A stretch of 37,496 nucleotides of DNA, from contig JAOZSN010000004.1 of assembly GCA_029939635.1 (NCBI GenBank), positions 1 through 37,496 on the forward strand, in the 5' to 3' direction. This document shows, in pieces, positions 19,650-28,532 of the stretch; within the stretch, counting starts at the first letter, position 1; the number at the start of each line of letters is the position of its first letter. The notes below the pieces were generated by a model. It saw only the letters and a program-made list of their open reading frames with translations. It made no database searches and was not told the origin of the DNA. Made by a program: the position numbers and the translations under genes. The DNA is from Deltaproteobacteria bacterium. GTDB taxonomy: Bacteria > Desulfobacterota > Desulfobulbia > Desulfobulbales > SURF-16.

Positions 19650-21596
19650 ATGCCCCAGAGCCCTTCTGCCCCCTCCCCACAGCGCCCTGGCATAAACAGC
19701 CTGTCTGTCAAGCTTACGGTATCAATCCTGTTGCTCATGACCTTGTTGGGACTCTCCCTCTACTTTATTGTTCTCCGCTCCATCAATGATTTTGCCGCAG
19801 AACAAATCCAACGTGATCTGTATGCGGTTTCCCGAGATGTCTATGATATAGTCGATCGCAATTATACTGAACTCCTTAAATCAGGTAACACCGACGAAAA
19901 GATAGAACGCCGCCTCCGCCAGATTGACACCCAGGACACCATCGAACAATTTGCCTCTGACCGACACCTGAAGATCATCCTTATCCATGCTCAAAACAAA
20001 AAAATAATTATGAGCACCCATCCTCTCCAGCAGACGAAAAAGATCATCCCCCAGGTGCAGCGTCACCAAACAGAGCTCCATGTCGACCTTGACAAAAAGG
20101 AATATTATGGCAGGCAAATATTTTTTTCACCGTGGAACTGGCAGATCATTATCCTCAAAAATCAGGTTGACTATGCTACCCTGACGAACAAGGTAAACCG
20201 CACCTATCTAGGCGGTTTTTTCGTCTGGCTGCTAATAACCACACTGATTATCGGCTATTTGCACAGGGAATTCACCACACCCATTGCCAGCATCATCACC
20301 AGCCTCAAACAACAAAACCATCCTGACTACCGAGGGATACAAGAATTTGAGTTTCTCAGTCATTCCATCGCTACCATGATGCGGACCCTTGAGAAACAGG
20401 TACTTGAGCAACAGGAACAAGAAAAAAAACAACGACAACTAGAACAAAAATTGCATCAGGCCCAAAAGATGGAGGCCATTGGACTCATGGCTGGAGGGGT
20501 GGCCCACGACCTGAACAATATCCTGGCTGGCATTGTTGGCTACCCACAGATCCTCCTCATGCGCCTGCCCGCAGACAACCCCATGCGCACCCACATTAAA
20601 GCCATTCAAAAATCTGGGCACAGAGCTGCAGCCATTGTTGCAGACCTTCTCACGGTGATGCGTGGAGCTGCCAATGTTCGCGAAGTAGTCACCCTAAATA
20701 CCCTCATCAGAGATTTTTTTGATTCGCCAGAATGGCATGAAATTCAAGCCCAGTACACCACTCTGACATGTACCTTTGCACTGGCAGAGAAAATACCTAA
20801 TATCCCTTGTTCACCAGTACATGTCACCAAGAGCCTGATGAACCTGACCACCAATGCAGCAGAGGCTATGTCCAAGCCTGGTACCTGCACAATAAGCACA
20901 TCAGCTAAGACCATATCAGGCCTGGAGTCTGAAAAACTCCATATTGCAGAAGGAGATTATGTCCTGCTCAGCGTGCAAGACACTGGGACAGGTATTGCCG
21001 AGCACCATATTCACCATATCTTTGACCCATTTTATACCCGCAAAAAAATGGGTCGCAGTGGCACGGGCCTGGGGCTAACAATTATCTGGAACACCATGCA
21101 GGATCATCACGGCACAGTGACGGTACAAAGTTCCCAACAAGGCACCACCTTCACCCTCTATTTCCCCAGCACAGATGCCGACATCACATTGAGCCCTAAA
21201 CAGGTGGATATTAACAGCATCCGCGGCAATGAGGAAACAATCCTCATCATTGATGACGAAGAACATGTACGTCATATTGGCAAAGAAATGCTCGTAGAGT
21301 TAGGCTATCAGCCCCACTCTGTGGAGTCAGGAGAAGAGGCCATTGCCTATCTGCAGAACAACCAGGTTGACCTGCTCCTTCTGGATATGCTCATGGAACC
21401 TGGCATGAATGGTTATCAAACCTACAAAAAAATAATCAAAGAGCACCCAGGCCAACGCGCTGTTATCGCCAGTGGTTTTTCAGAGAGCAGCGATCTCAAA
21501 AAAACGCAGCAATTAGGAGCTGGAGCCTTCATCAAAAAACCATACACCATAGAACAACTCGGGCTCGCTATCTACAACGAGTTCAATCCCAAATAG
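19650..21596 (+). CDS. Hybrid sensor histidine kinase with C-terminal receiver (CckA/NtrB-like)
   Basis: Two TMs, QAQKMEAIGLMAGGVAHDLNN, FDPFYT, GTGLGL, receiver LLLLDMLMEPGMNG. Confidence 0.92.
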   Translation: MPQSPSAPSPQRPGINSLSVKLTVSILLLMTLLGLSLYFIVLRSINDFAAEQIQRDLYAVSRDVYDIVDRNYTELLKSGNTDEKIERRLRQIDTQDTIEQFASDRHLKIILIHAQNKKIIMSTHPLQQTKKIIPQVQRHQTELHVDLDKKEYYGRQIFFSPWNWQIIILKNQVDYATLTNKVNRTYLGGFFVWLLITTLIIGYLHREFTTPIASIITSLKQQNHPDYRGIQEFEFLSHSIATMMRTLEKQVLEQQEQEKKQRQLEQKLHQAQKMEAIGLMAGGVAHDLNNILAGIVGYPQILLMRLPADNPMRTHIKAIQKSGHRAAAIVADLLTVMRGAANVREVVTLNTLIRDFFDSPEWHEIQAQYTTLTCTFALAEKIPNIPCSPVHVTKSLMNLTTNAAEAMSKPGTCTISTSAKTISGLESEKLHIAEGDYVLLSVQDTGTGIAEHHIHHIFDPFYTRKKMGRSGTGLGLTIIWNTMQDHHGTVTVQSSQQGTTFTLYFPSTDADITLSPKQVDINSIRGNEETILIIDDEEHVRHIGKEMLVELGYQPHSVESGEEAIAYLQNNQVDLLLLDMLMEPGMNGYQTYKKIIKEHPGQRAVIASGFSESSDLKKTQQLGAGAFIKKPYTIEQLGLAIYNEFNPK

Positions 21597-21658
21597 CCAT
21601 AAATCCATACCAGTTCATCCTAGGTTATAAAATATTCATTCCCACCACAGCGTAACTA

Positions 21659-21731
21659 GTGTCTGTCCAGAAATAGGTCATTTTTACTGTGACGCAGAGA
21701 TCGGGCAAAAGGGCCATTTCTGGACAGGCAC
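21659..21731. mobile_element. 73-bp MITE-like element
   Basis: Terminal inverted repeats GTGTCTGTCCAGAAAT / ATTTCTGGACAGGCAC (15/16), flanked by direct repeat TAACTA (21653-58, 21732-37). Confidence 0.75.
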
Positions 21732-21924
21732 TAACTATTCAGTGGCATAAATCCTTGCATTTTTTTTGCATGCCATGGTAAAGAGAATGACATACGGTAA
21801 AAATTCAGTATGAGGGTTGGCCAAGCTCAACCCAACCACATGAATTGTTTACCTTTTTTTATTTGGTGATAGTAGACAGGTTTTCACCTGTCACCCATAA
21901 GGATATGCGGGTTTCTCCCGCCTG

Positions 21925-22950
21925 GTGAGTTATTTGAGTATTGTTCGATCCGGTGATCTAAAAAAGCAGAAGAAACAACCCAAAAAAGCGGCCAGAGACC
22001 GCCTTCATGAATTTTTAGATATTTTCGCCAAAGAGGATGAGTTGCTCATTATCATACTGGCAGACCCAGATTCCATTGCATGCGCCTTAGCGGTTAAACA
22101 ATTATTGCGCTACCGCGTCAAGCGTATGGTCATCTCCCATCCAAATAAAATCAGGCGGTTAAGCAATATCGCCATGGTTGATCATCTCAAGATCAAGACC
22201 ACCCGTCTTAAAGATATCAAGAAGGATGATTTTTCAAAATTCATCCTCCTTGACTCCCAGCCATCCCACCATCCTGAGTTCAGTGAAATCGCCTATGATG
22301 CAGTCATTGACCATCATCCGATCTCCGGCAAATGGCAAGCCAGTTACGTTGACATTCGCCCAGACTATGGTTCCAACGCTTCCATGCTGGTGGAGTATTT
22401 GCGTGCAGCAGAGATGAAACCATCTGTGGCCCTCGCCACAGCCCTGTTTTATGCGATCAAGGTGGACACCCGTAATTTCGAGAAGAAAGCCAATCTCGCA
22501 GATGCTATCTCCTTTCGCTATCTGTTCAATATTGCCAACCGGAATCTGGTTCGTAAGATAGAACTTTCAGAGCTGCGCCTCTCAGAGCTCAACTATTTCA
22601 AGACCGCCTTTGAAGAAATGAAGGTGAATAACAATCGGCTCTACGCCCATGTAGGCCGCGTCTTCAGCCCTGATGTCCTCGTCATTATTGCTGATTTCTT
22701 CAACCGCGTCCATCCCGTATCCTGGGTCTTTATCTCAGGCATCCACGGTGAAAGGTTAGTGGTAATTTTCCGCTGTGATGGCTATCGTAAAAATGCTGGT
22801 GTTCTAGCCAATAAGGCCTTTGGTAAACTTGGTTCAGCCGGGGGCCACCGAGAGGCCGCCCGCGCCGAGGTTTCCCTCAAAAACCTTGACAAGCAGGATC
22901 AAGAATTCACCACCCTCACCTTACGAAGATTGACCAGAAAACATTTATGA
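21925..22950 (+). CDS. DHH/DHHA1 family phosphoesterase (NrnA-like)
   Basis: ADPDS, LLDSQ, VIDHH, IKVDT, AGGHREAA motifs. Confidence 0.9.
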   Translation: MSYLSIVRSGDLKKQKKQPKKAARDRLHEFLDIFAKEDELLIIILADPDSIACALAVKQLLRYRVKRMVISHPNKIRRLSNIAMVDHLKIKTTRLKDIKKDDFSKFILLDSQPSHHPEFSEIAYDAVIDHHPISGKWQASYVDIRPDYGSNASMLVEYLRAAEMKPSVALATALFYAIKVDTRNFEKKANLADAISFRYLFNIANRNLVRKIELSELRLSELNYFKTAFEEMKVNNNRLYAHVGRVFSPDVLVIIADFFNRVHPVSWVFISGIHGERLVVIFRCDGYRKNAGVLANKAFGKLGSAGGHREAARAEVSLKNLDKQDQEFTTLTLRRLTRKHL

Positions 22951-23137
22951 TTCAAAAGAAAGACATCTTTCCTGATCTCAACTGACTAGTTATTTCTTCT
23001 ACAAAAAACTAGAATACCAATAAAAAAAGCACCTTCCAGCTGCATATCCTTTACTTTTCTACTCTTACTCCTGTATTCTTTAGTCTGTGTTTGCTACTTT
23101 TGTCTCCTGACTCCTGAATTCTGACTCCTAGAAAACT

Positions 23138-24382
23138 ATGCAATTAAAGCCCAAAACCCTGGCCATGATTCTGGCTGGTGGCCGTGTCGATGAGTTAAAT
23201 GTCCTGACCTGTTATCGTCCCAAGTCTGCCGTACCCTTTGGCGGATTTGCCAGGGTCATTGATTTCCCCTTGAGCAATCTCATGCACTCAGGATTGGAGC
23301 AGGTGGCCATCCTAAGCCAGTACCGCAGCTTTTCCCTTATCAACCATATTGGTATTGGTGCGGCTTGGGACATGCTGGGTAAAAATCGTGGCGTCTCCAT
23401 TCTGCCACCCTCCACAGGCTATGGCAATACCTCCTGGTATAAAGGTTCTGCCGATGCTGTTTTCCAAAACTCTGACTTTATTGAATATCACGCCCCCCAA
23501 GAGGTATTAATCATCTCAGGTGACCATATCTATAATATGGATTACCAAAAGATCATCGACTATCACCGCTCTAAAAATGCCGATCTTACCATAGGCTGTG
23601 TCCAGGTACCCATGAACAAAACCCATCGCTTTGGCGTGGCTGATATTAATGACGAAGATGGGGATATTGGCGGACGCATCCTGCAGTACAAAGAAAAACC
23701 CAGCCGCCCCAAATTTAATTGGGCCTCCATGACCGTTTTCTGTTTTAATCCCCGCGTTCTCCTTGAGGTTCTTACTACCAATGCCAGAGAGGATGAATCT
23801 TTTGAATTTGGTCGTGACATCATCCCGCGCATGATGTTCGAACAGCGTAAATTTCATGACTACTGGGGATACAGCCGCACCATTGATGAGTATTGGCAAA
23901 CCAATATGGATCTGCTCGGCCAAACCCCAAAAATAGACCTGGAGCGCTGGGGCCTGCGTACCAATCTAGAACATCGTGACATCCGCGACAGCCAACCCCT
24001 CAAGGTCGGCAATGAAGCAACCATCCAGGATAGCCTGGTCTATAATGGCTGTCTCATCGAAGGCAAGGTAGAACGATCCATCATCTTCCCTGGTGTCCAT
24101 GTCAAAAGGGGGGCACATATCAAAGACTCAGTGCTTTTCTTTAACAACGTTGTGGGCCAAGGCACTGTTCTTAATAAGGTAATCAGTGATGTAAACGTCA
24201 CCTTTGGCAATAATGTCAATGTGGGCAATCCAGGCCCTGTGAACGAAAAAGAGGTCACAGTGCTGGGCTGGAATAATTTTTTCCCCAACGAGACTGTCAT
24301 TGGCTCTGATTGCACCATCTATCCGCAACTAAGTCTGGATAAATTAGCCCGTGAAATTAAATCAGGGGAGATAGTACGATGA
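23138..24382 (+). CDS. Glucose-1-phosphate adenylyltransferase family protein, divergent (GlgD-like)
   Basis: ILAGG, RPKSAVPFGG, WYKGSADAV, SGDHIY, EKP and a beta-helix tail are present, but GxGSRL reads GRVDEL and YWRDVGT reads YWGYSRT. Confidence 0.85.
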   Translation: MQLKPKTLAMILAGGRVDELNVLTCYRPKSAVPFGGFARVIDFPLSNLMHSGLEQVAILSQYRSFSLINHIGIGAAWDMLGKNRGVSILPPSTGYGNTSWYKGSADAVFQNSDFIEYHAPQEVLIISGDHIYNMDYQKIIDYHRSKNADLTIGCVQVPMNKTHRFGVADINDEDGDIGGRILQYKEKPSRPKFNWASMTVFCFNPRVLLEVLTTNAREDESFEFGRDIIPRMMFEQRKFHDYWGYSRTIDEYWQTNMDLLGQTPKIDLERWGLRTNLEHRDIRDSQPLKVGNEATIQDSLVYNGCLIEGKVERSIIFPGVHVKRGAHIKDSVLFFNNVVGQGTVLNKVISDVNVTFGNNVNVGNPGPVNEKEVTVLGWNNFFPNETVIGSDCTIYPQLSLDKLAREIKSGEIVR

Positions 24383-25647
24383 ATAGCCAAAATCAGCCCC
24401 TTGTTCTCATCCTGGCCGGTGGTGTGGGCAGCAGACTCAACAATCTTGTCCAGACCAGGGCTAAACCCGCTGTTCCCTTTGGCGGTATCTATCGCATCAT
24501 TGACTTTTCCCTTTCCAATGTCATGAACTCAGGCTTTAGCCAGATAGGAGTGCTGACTCAATACAAACCCCTGTCGCTGATGAACCACCTTGGCACTGGC
24601 GAGGCGTGGGATTTTAGTGGCCGCAGCCGTGGTATCAAGATTTTACCCCCCCGTACTGGTTCCTCAGACTCTGACTGGTATAAGGGTACAGCTGATGCCG
24701 TGCGCCAGAATATTGATTTTATCCAGGATCATCCCTCTAAAGAGGTGATTATTCTCTCTGGTGACCATATCTACCGCATGGATTTTGATGATATGCTGCA
24801 GTTCCATCGCCGCAAAAAGGCAGATGTCACTATTGGCATGATGGTGGTACCAAAGGAGGATATCCACCAGTTCGGTGCTGGCATCACCAATGAGGAAGGG
24901 CGTATTATTGAGTGGGAAGAAAAACCTGAGGTGCCACGCACCAACCTGGCATCCATGGGCATCTATGTCTTTGACACCAGCTATCTGCTCAAGATTCTAG
25001 CCGAGGACAAAAATGAGGTCGATTTTGGTATGCATCTGGTACCAAAATCCATTGAACGTGATGACGTCTTTGCCTACCCCTTCCATAATTACTGGCGAGA
25101 TGTGGGTACTATCCAGGCCTATTGGCAGGCCAATATGGATCTGTTGGATGAAGACTCCGGTATGTCACCTGAAAATTGGGGAATACGAGCCAATACAGAA
25201 TCAAACGTCACCTCCACGGCAGACCGACCACCCACTCGTTTTACAACTACTGCCAAGGTGCAACGCTCCATGATTGCCGCCGGTTGCACCATTGAGGGCG
25301 AGGTAATCAACTCGGTTCTTGCCCCCGGTGTCACAGTGGCCAAGGGCGCCGTAATACGTGATTCCATCCTCTTCCATGACGTGAAGGTAGGCGAAAACAG
25401 CGTTATAGATTTAGCAATTTTGGATAAACAGGTAGAGGTGGCAAAAGAAGTCATCATCGGCTTCGGTGATGACAAAAAGACAATCAACAAAGAACACCCA
25501 ACCCACCTCTACACCGGCATCACCCTGGTTGGAAAAAATGCCAAGGTGCCTGCAGAGAGCAAAATTGGCCGCAACTGCATTATCCAACCAGCCACCACCG
25601 TCGACCAATTCACCAGCAGTAACCTTACCTCAGGGGAGAGCCTGTAA
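24379..25647 (+). CDS. glgC: Glucose-1-phosphate adenylyltransferase (ADP-glucose pyrophosphorylase)
   Basis: LAGGVGSRL, RAKPAVPFGG, WYKGTADAV, SGDHIY, EEKP, ASMGIY, YWRDVGT; ATGA overlap with the upstream gene. Confidence 0.93.
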   Translation: MNSQNQPLVLILAGGVGSRLNNLVQTRAKPAVPFGGIYRIIDFSLSNVMNSGFSQIGVLTQYKPLSLMNHLGTGEAWDFSGRSRGIKILPPRTGSSDSDWYKGTADAVRQNIDFIQDHPSKEVIILSGDHIYRMDFDDMLQFHRRKKADVTIGMMVVPKEDIHQFGAGITNEEGRIIEWEEKPEVPRTNLASMGIYVFDTSYLLKILAEDKNEVDFGMHLVPKSIERDDVFAYPFHNYWRDVGTIQAYWQANMDLLDEDSGMSPENWGIRANTESNVTSTADRPPTRFTTTAKVQRSMIAAGCTIEGEVINSVLAPGVTVAKGAVIRDSILFHDVKVGENSVIDLAILDKQVEVAKEVIIGFGDDKKTINKEHPTHLYTGITLVGKNAKVPAESKIGRNCIIQPATTVDQFTSSNLTSGESL

Positions 25648-25693
25648 CTGCAATTTCAAGTACACTGTGCAGCTTTACCCTACGCGTAGATTT

Positions 25694-25764
25694 ATAGGAG
25701 CGAGCTTGCTCGCGAAGAGATGCTGCTGGCAACGGATGCATTTCGCGAGCAAGCTCACTCCGAC
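25694..25764. repeat. REP doublet (REPIN-like)
   Basis: ATAGGAGCGAGCTTGCTCGCGAA (25694-716) and inverted GTCGGAGTGAGCTTGCTCGCGAA (25764-742), between convergent genes. Confidence 0.75.
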
Positions 25765-25835
25765 AGAAGACAGACTGCTCATTCGAAAATTTACAGTTTG
25801 CAGAGCACTAGTTTACTGACGGGTAAGTATCTCTT

Positions 25836-26300
25836 TTAGATCACGCCAAGTCCCACCAGACCGATGGAAATGGCAAAGAGAAAAAGAACAGGGAGCAGCC
25901 GCCTGGCAAAGGGATAGTTAAAATCAAAGAGATAGAGAATGATCATGGCCGTGCCCAAACCAAGCCAGGGAACCATAGCCACAGAAAGGGCATCGCTCCA
26001 TAGATTTTTCTGTAACGCCACGGCGAAAAAAAGGGTCCCCAGGGAGGTAGCGGTGATAACGAGCAGACTCAATTCCATGAGCTGACGAGACAAGAGCAGC
26101 ATAAGGGAATAGGCTCCCAGATGCTCCATGATCAAGCCCAAAAAGACAAAAAACACCGCCCCCACAAAAAATTGCCCACAAATGGTTATGTGTTCTGCAG
26201 CAATATAACTGGCAGCAGACTGATACAAGGCAGCCACATCCACATCATAGGCAATGGAAAAACCACAGCTGATGCTAATTATAACGAGATGAATCAACAT
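25836..26300 (-). CDS. Hypothetical integral membrane protein
   Basis: 154 aa, almost entirely hydrophobic segments; starts 4 nt after the PII-like stop. Confidence 0.7.
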   Translation of the reverse strand: MLIHLVIISISCGFSIAYDVDVAALYQSAASYIAAEHITICGQFFVGAVFFVFLGLIMEHLGAYSLMLLLSRQLMELSLLVITATSLGTLFFAVALQKNLWSDALSVAMVPWLGLGTAMIILYLFDFNYPFARRLLPVLFLFAISIGLVGLGVI

Positions 26301-26304
26301 GGGC

Positions 26305-26619
26305 TTAAGAAAGGAACCCTACGGCCCGATCAAGTTTATGTAAGAAGGCGAAACCTTTGCCCTCCTCTTCCAGGTTGGCTCCCGCCACCACTGCATCAAA
26401 AACCGCATCTGTCTCCTCTGGCTTAGTGATAATAAGAATTACCTCCTTTTCCGGCTTGATCAAGCGGCCAAGAATCCCCAATTTCTCACGAACCCCACGC
26501 CCCCGACCATAATAGATGGTCGCCCCTTCAGCCCCAGCAGCAATAGCACGGTCAACCACCTTATCGGCGTGACCCCGCTGAACAATGCAGGTTATCAGGT
26601 TCGGTTTGTCTGTACTCAT
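26305..26619 (-). CDS. PII-like (GlnB superfamily) protein
   Basis: ITCIVQRGHADKVV, GAEGATIYYGRGRG, B-loop-like GKGFAF; RBS GAGGAG. Confidence 0.88.
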   Translation of the reverse strand: MSTDKPNLITCIVQRGHADKVVDRAIAAGAEGATIYYGRGRGVREKLGILGRLIKPEKEVILIITKPEETDAVFDAVVAGANLEEEGKGFAFLHKLDRAVGFLS

Positions 26620-26632
26620 AATCTCTCCTCTA

Positions 26633-26670
26633 GGGTGTCTTAAAAAACTGCTATTATTTTCAAGACACCC
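26633..26670. mobile_element. 38-bp minimal MITE-like inverted repeat
   Basis: GGGTGTCTTAAAAA / TTTTCAAGACACCC flanked by direct repeat TCTA (26629-32, 26671-74). Confidence 0.55.
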
Positions 26671-26712
26671 TCTAATAAAACTAGCAGCTGTATAGCTGTA
26701 ACCAGCTCCTTA

Positions 26713-27747
26713 TCAACCATTTCCCTCTTCACGAAAATCTAGCTGGATCTGATTCATTTCCATCTCATTGCGCAGATAACTCTCCACCAGTAACGGATCA
26801 AAATGCTTGCCCTTTTCCTCAAGAAGGATGGACTTGGCCCGCTCAAAAGAAAAAACATCTTTGTAACACCGTTTTGAGGTCAAGGCGTCAAAGACATCCG
26901 CCAAGGCCATAATCCGTGCGGCCAGGGGGATATGCTCTCCTACCAAGCCCTGAGGATAGCCACTACCGTCCCATTTTTCATGGTGAAACAGGGCAATCTC
27001 ATGGGCCATCTTCAGATAATTTGACCCATTTTTATCATACAGATCCTTAAGAATCTGCCCTCCCATGGAGGTGTGGGTCTTCATCAACTCATATTCCCCA
27101 TCATTGAGGCGGCCAGGTTTGTGGAGCACCGAATCAGGAATGCCAACCTTACCAATATCATGGAGGGGACTGACACTGACAATATCCTGCACCTGAGTCT
27201 TGGTCAGCCCAAGCTCTGGACAATGACGATATAAATCGTCGCCAATAAGCTGACAATACTTGCGCACCCGATTAAGATGGCTCCCAGTCTCACCACTGCG
27301 ATAGGCCGCTAATTCAGCCATGGCAAAAATTAGTTCATCCTGCCCCTCCAACCGCAACAATCTTGAGGCACCCTGCAGGCGCAGAACCAGCTCCTGGGTA
27401 AAAATTGGCTTTGTGACATAATCGTCTGCACCCAAAGTAAGGGCACGCACCAAGGCCTCACGATCATCAAGACCAGTCAAAACAATAATATAGGTATAAT
27501 GGGATTCATGGCTACGAATATGCTCTAAGACAGCAAAGCCATCAACGTCTGGCATGAGCAGGTCGGTAATGACCACCCGTACCCCAGGATTCTCCTGCCA
27601 CAACGCTATCCCCTGGCGGCCATCTTCAGCCGCCAACACCTGGTACCCCTGCTTTTCCAACTGACTGGAAATAATACGACGTTGGGTAGCCTCATCCTCC
27701 ATCAAGAGAATGGTTGGTTTATTCTGCAAAGTCTCGCTCTTCTCCAT
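26713..27747 (-). CDS. Response regulator with HD-GYP cyclic-dinucleotide phosphodiesterase domain (RpfG-like)
   Basis: Receiver VVITDLLMPDVDG; ETGSH, LHDIGK, HHEKWDGSGYP, ADVFDAL. Confidence 0.93.
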   Translation of the reverse strand: MEKSETLQNKPTILLMEDEATQRRIISSQLEKQGYQVLAAEDGRQGIALWQENPGVRVVITDLLMPDVDGFAVLEHIRSHESHYTYIIVLTGLDDREALVRALTLGADDYVTKPIFTQELVLRLQGASRLLRLEGQDELIFAMAELAAYRSGETGSHLNRVRKYCQLIGDDLYRHCPELGLTKTQVQDIVSVSPLHDIGKVGIPDSVLHKPGRLNDGEYELMKTHTSMGGQILKDLYDKNGSNYLKMAHEIALFHHEKWDGSGYPQGLVGEHIPLAARIMALADVFDALTSKRCYKDVFSFERAKSILLEEKGKHFDPLLVESYLRNEMEMNQIQLDFREEGNG

Positions 27748-27890
27748 ACCACTGCCTCATAAAACCACATGACCACTCGTGCAAAAAAGTACCGATTCTA
27801 TTATGACAAAAATAACTATAAAAATTCTACAGGGACAGGGAGTTAAAAGGCAAGATAAAAAATGGGGAGAGTGGACGCTGAACAGTTAGC

Positions 27891-28367
27891 TTATTTCTTG
27901 GGCAGAGAATAAAAGTCATGCCAGCAGCGTTTCATGGCCTGGCGCAACTCCTTATCTTCCACACTCTCCAAAAGACGATCCATGGCTGATGATTCTTCTG
28001 GCGCTGGCTCGGTCTTAGGAGGAGTATAGAGGGGCGTCTCGTCCTGAAAAAAGTCTGCTCCAGTTTTAGCAAGCTGGAAACGAATATCCTCAATGCATTC
28101 CTTAGGTAAAGAACGATTCAATTTAGTTAACAGATCATGCTTTAAAAACTGCAACTGCTGATGCCACACAGCATCGGAGACATCAACCCACAACACCTTG
28201 CCTCGATAGCGACTGGGCACAGCATGACGACTAATCTCCGTGCCAACCAAGGCCTGCCAGCGCTCAAAGACCTGATGCAGCTCAAAACGGCTCTGCCATT
28301 TCTTTTTGGTGACGATCTCAGCCAGCAGTGAATGCATGGGCAGAGGGAATGTTTTGGATCGGGCCAT
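27891..28367 (-). CDS. dciA: DUF721/DciA family protein
   Basis: VFERWQALVGTEISRHAVP..GKVLWVDVSDAVWHQQLQFLKHDLLTKLN..IEDIRF. Confidence 0.8.
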   Translation of the reverse strand: MARSKTFPLPMHSLLAEIVTKKKWQSRFELHQVFERWQALVGTEISRHAVPSRYRGKVLWVDVSDAVWHQQLQFLKHDLLTKLNRSLPKECIEDIRFQLAKTGADFFQDETPLYTPPKTEPAPEESSAMDRLLESVEDKELRQAMKRCWHDFYSLPKK

Positions 28368-28377
28368 AGAAAAAAGA

Positions 28378-28425
28378 GGTTGACGGTTGACGGTTGACGG
28401 TTGACGGTTGACGGTTGACGGTTGA
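28378..28425. repeat. Perfect heptamer tandem repeat (GGTTGAC)x6 + GGTTGA
   Basis: Read directly; ends 10 nt upstream of the dciA start codon. Confidence 0.97.
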
Positions 28426-28532
28426 AATTCTATTCCGTACTTGCCCCTTTGCCAAGAAGTAATTATATAATGTTGACTAATTTAAATAACACTTTATCAA
28501 AATCTTTAAATCCGTTTCCTTAGGAGTAAACC

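Noticed and set aside
21790-21924. Riboswitch or ncRNA in the DHH leader (small GGGTTG..CAACCC hairpin)
   Set aside because: No recognisable aptamer consensus; needs an Rfam scan.
25466-25819. 117-aa ORF across the glgC end
   Set aside because: Out-of-frame overlap running through the REP doublet.
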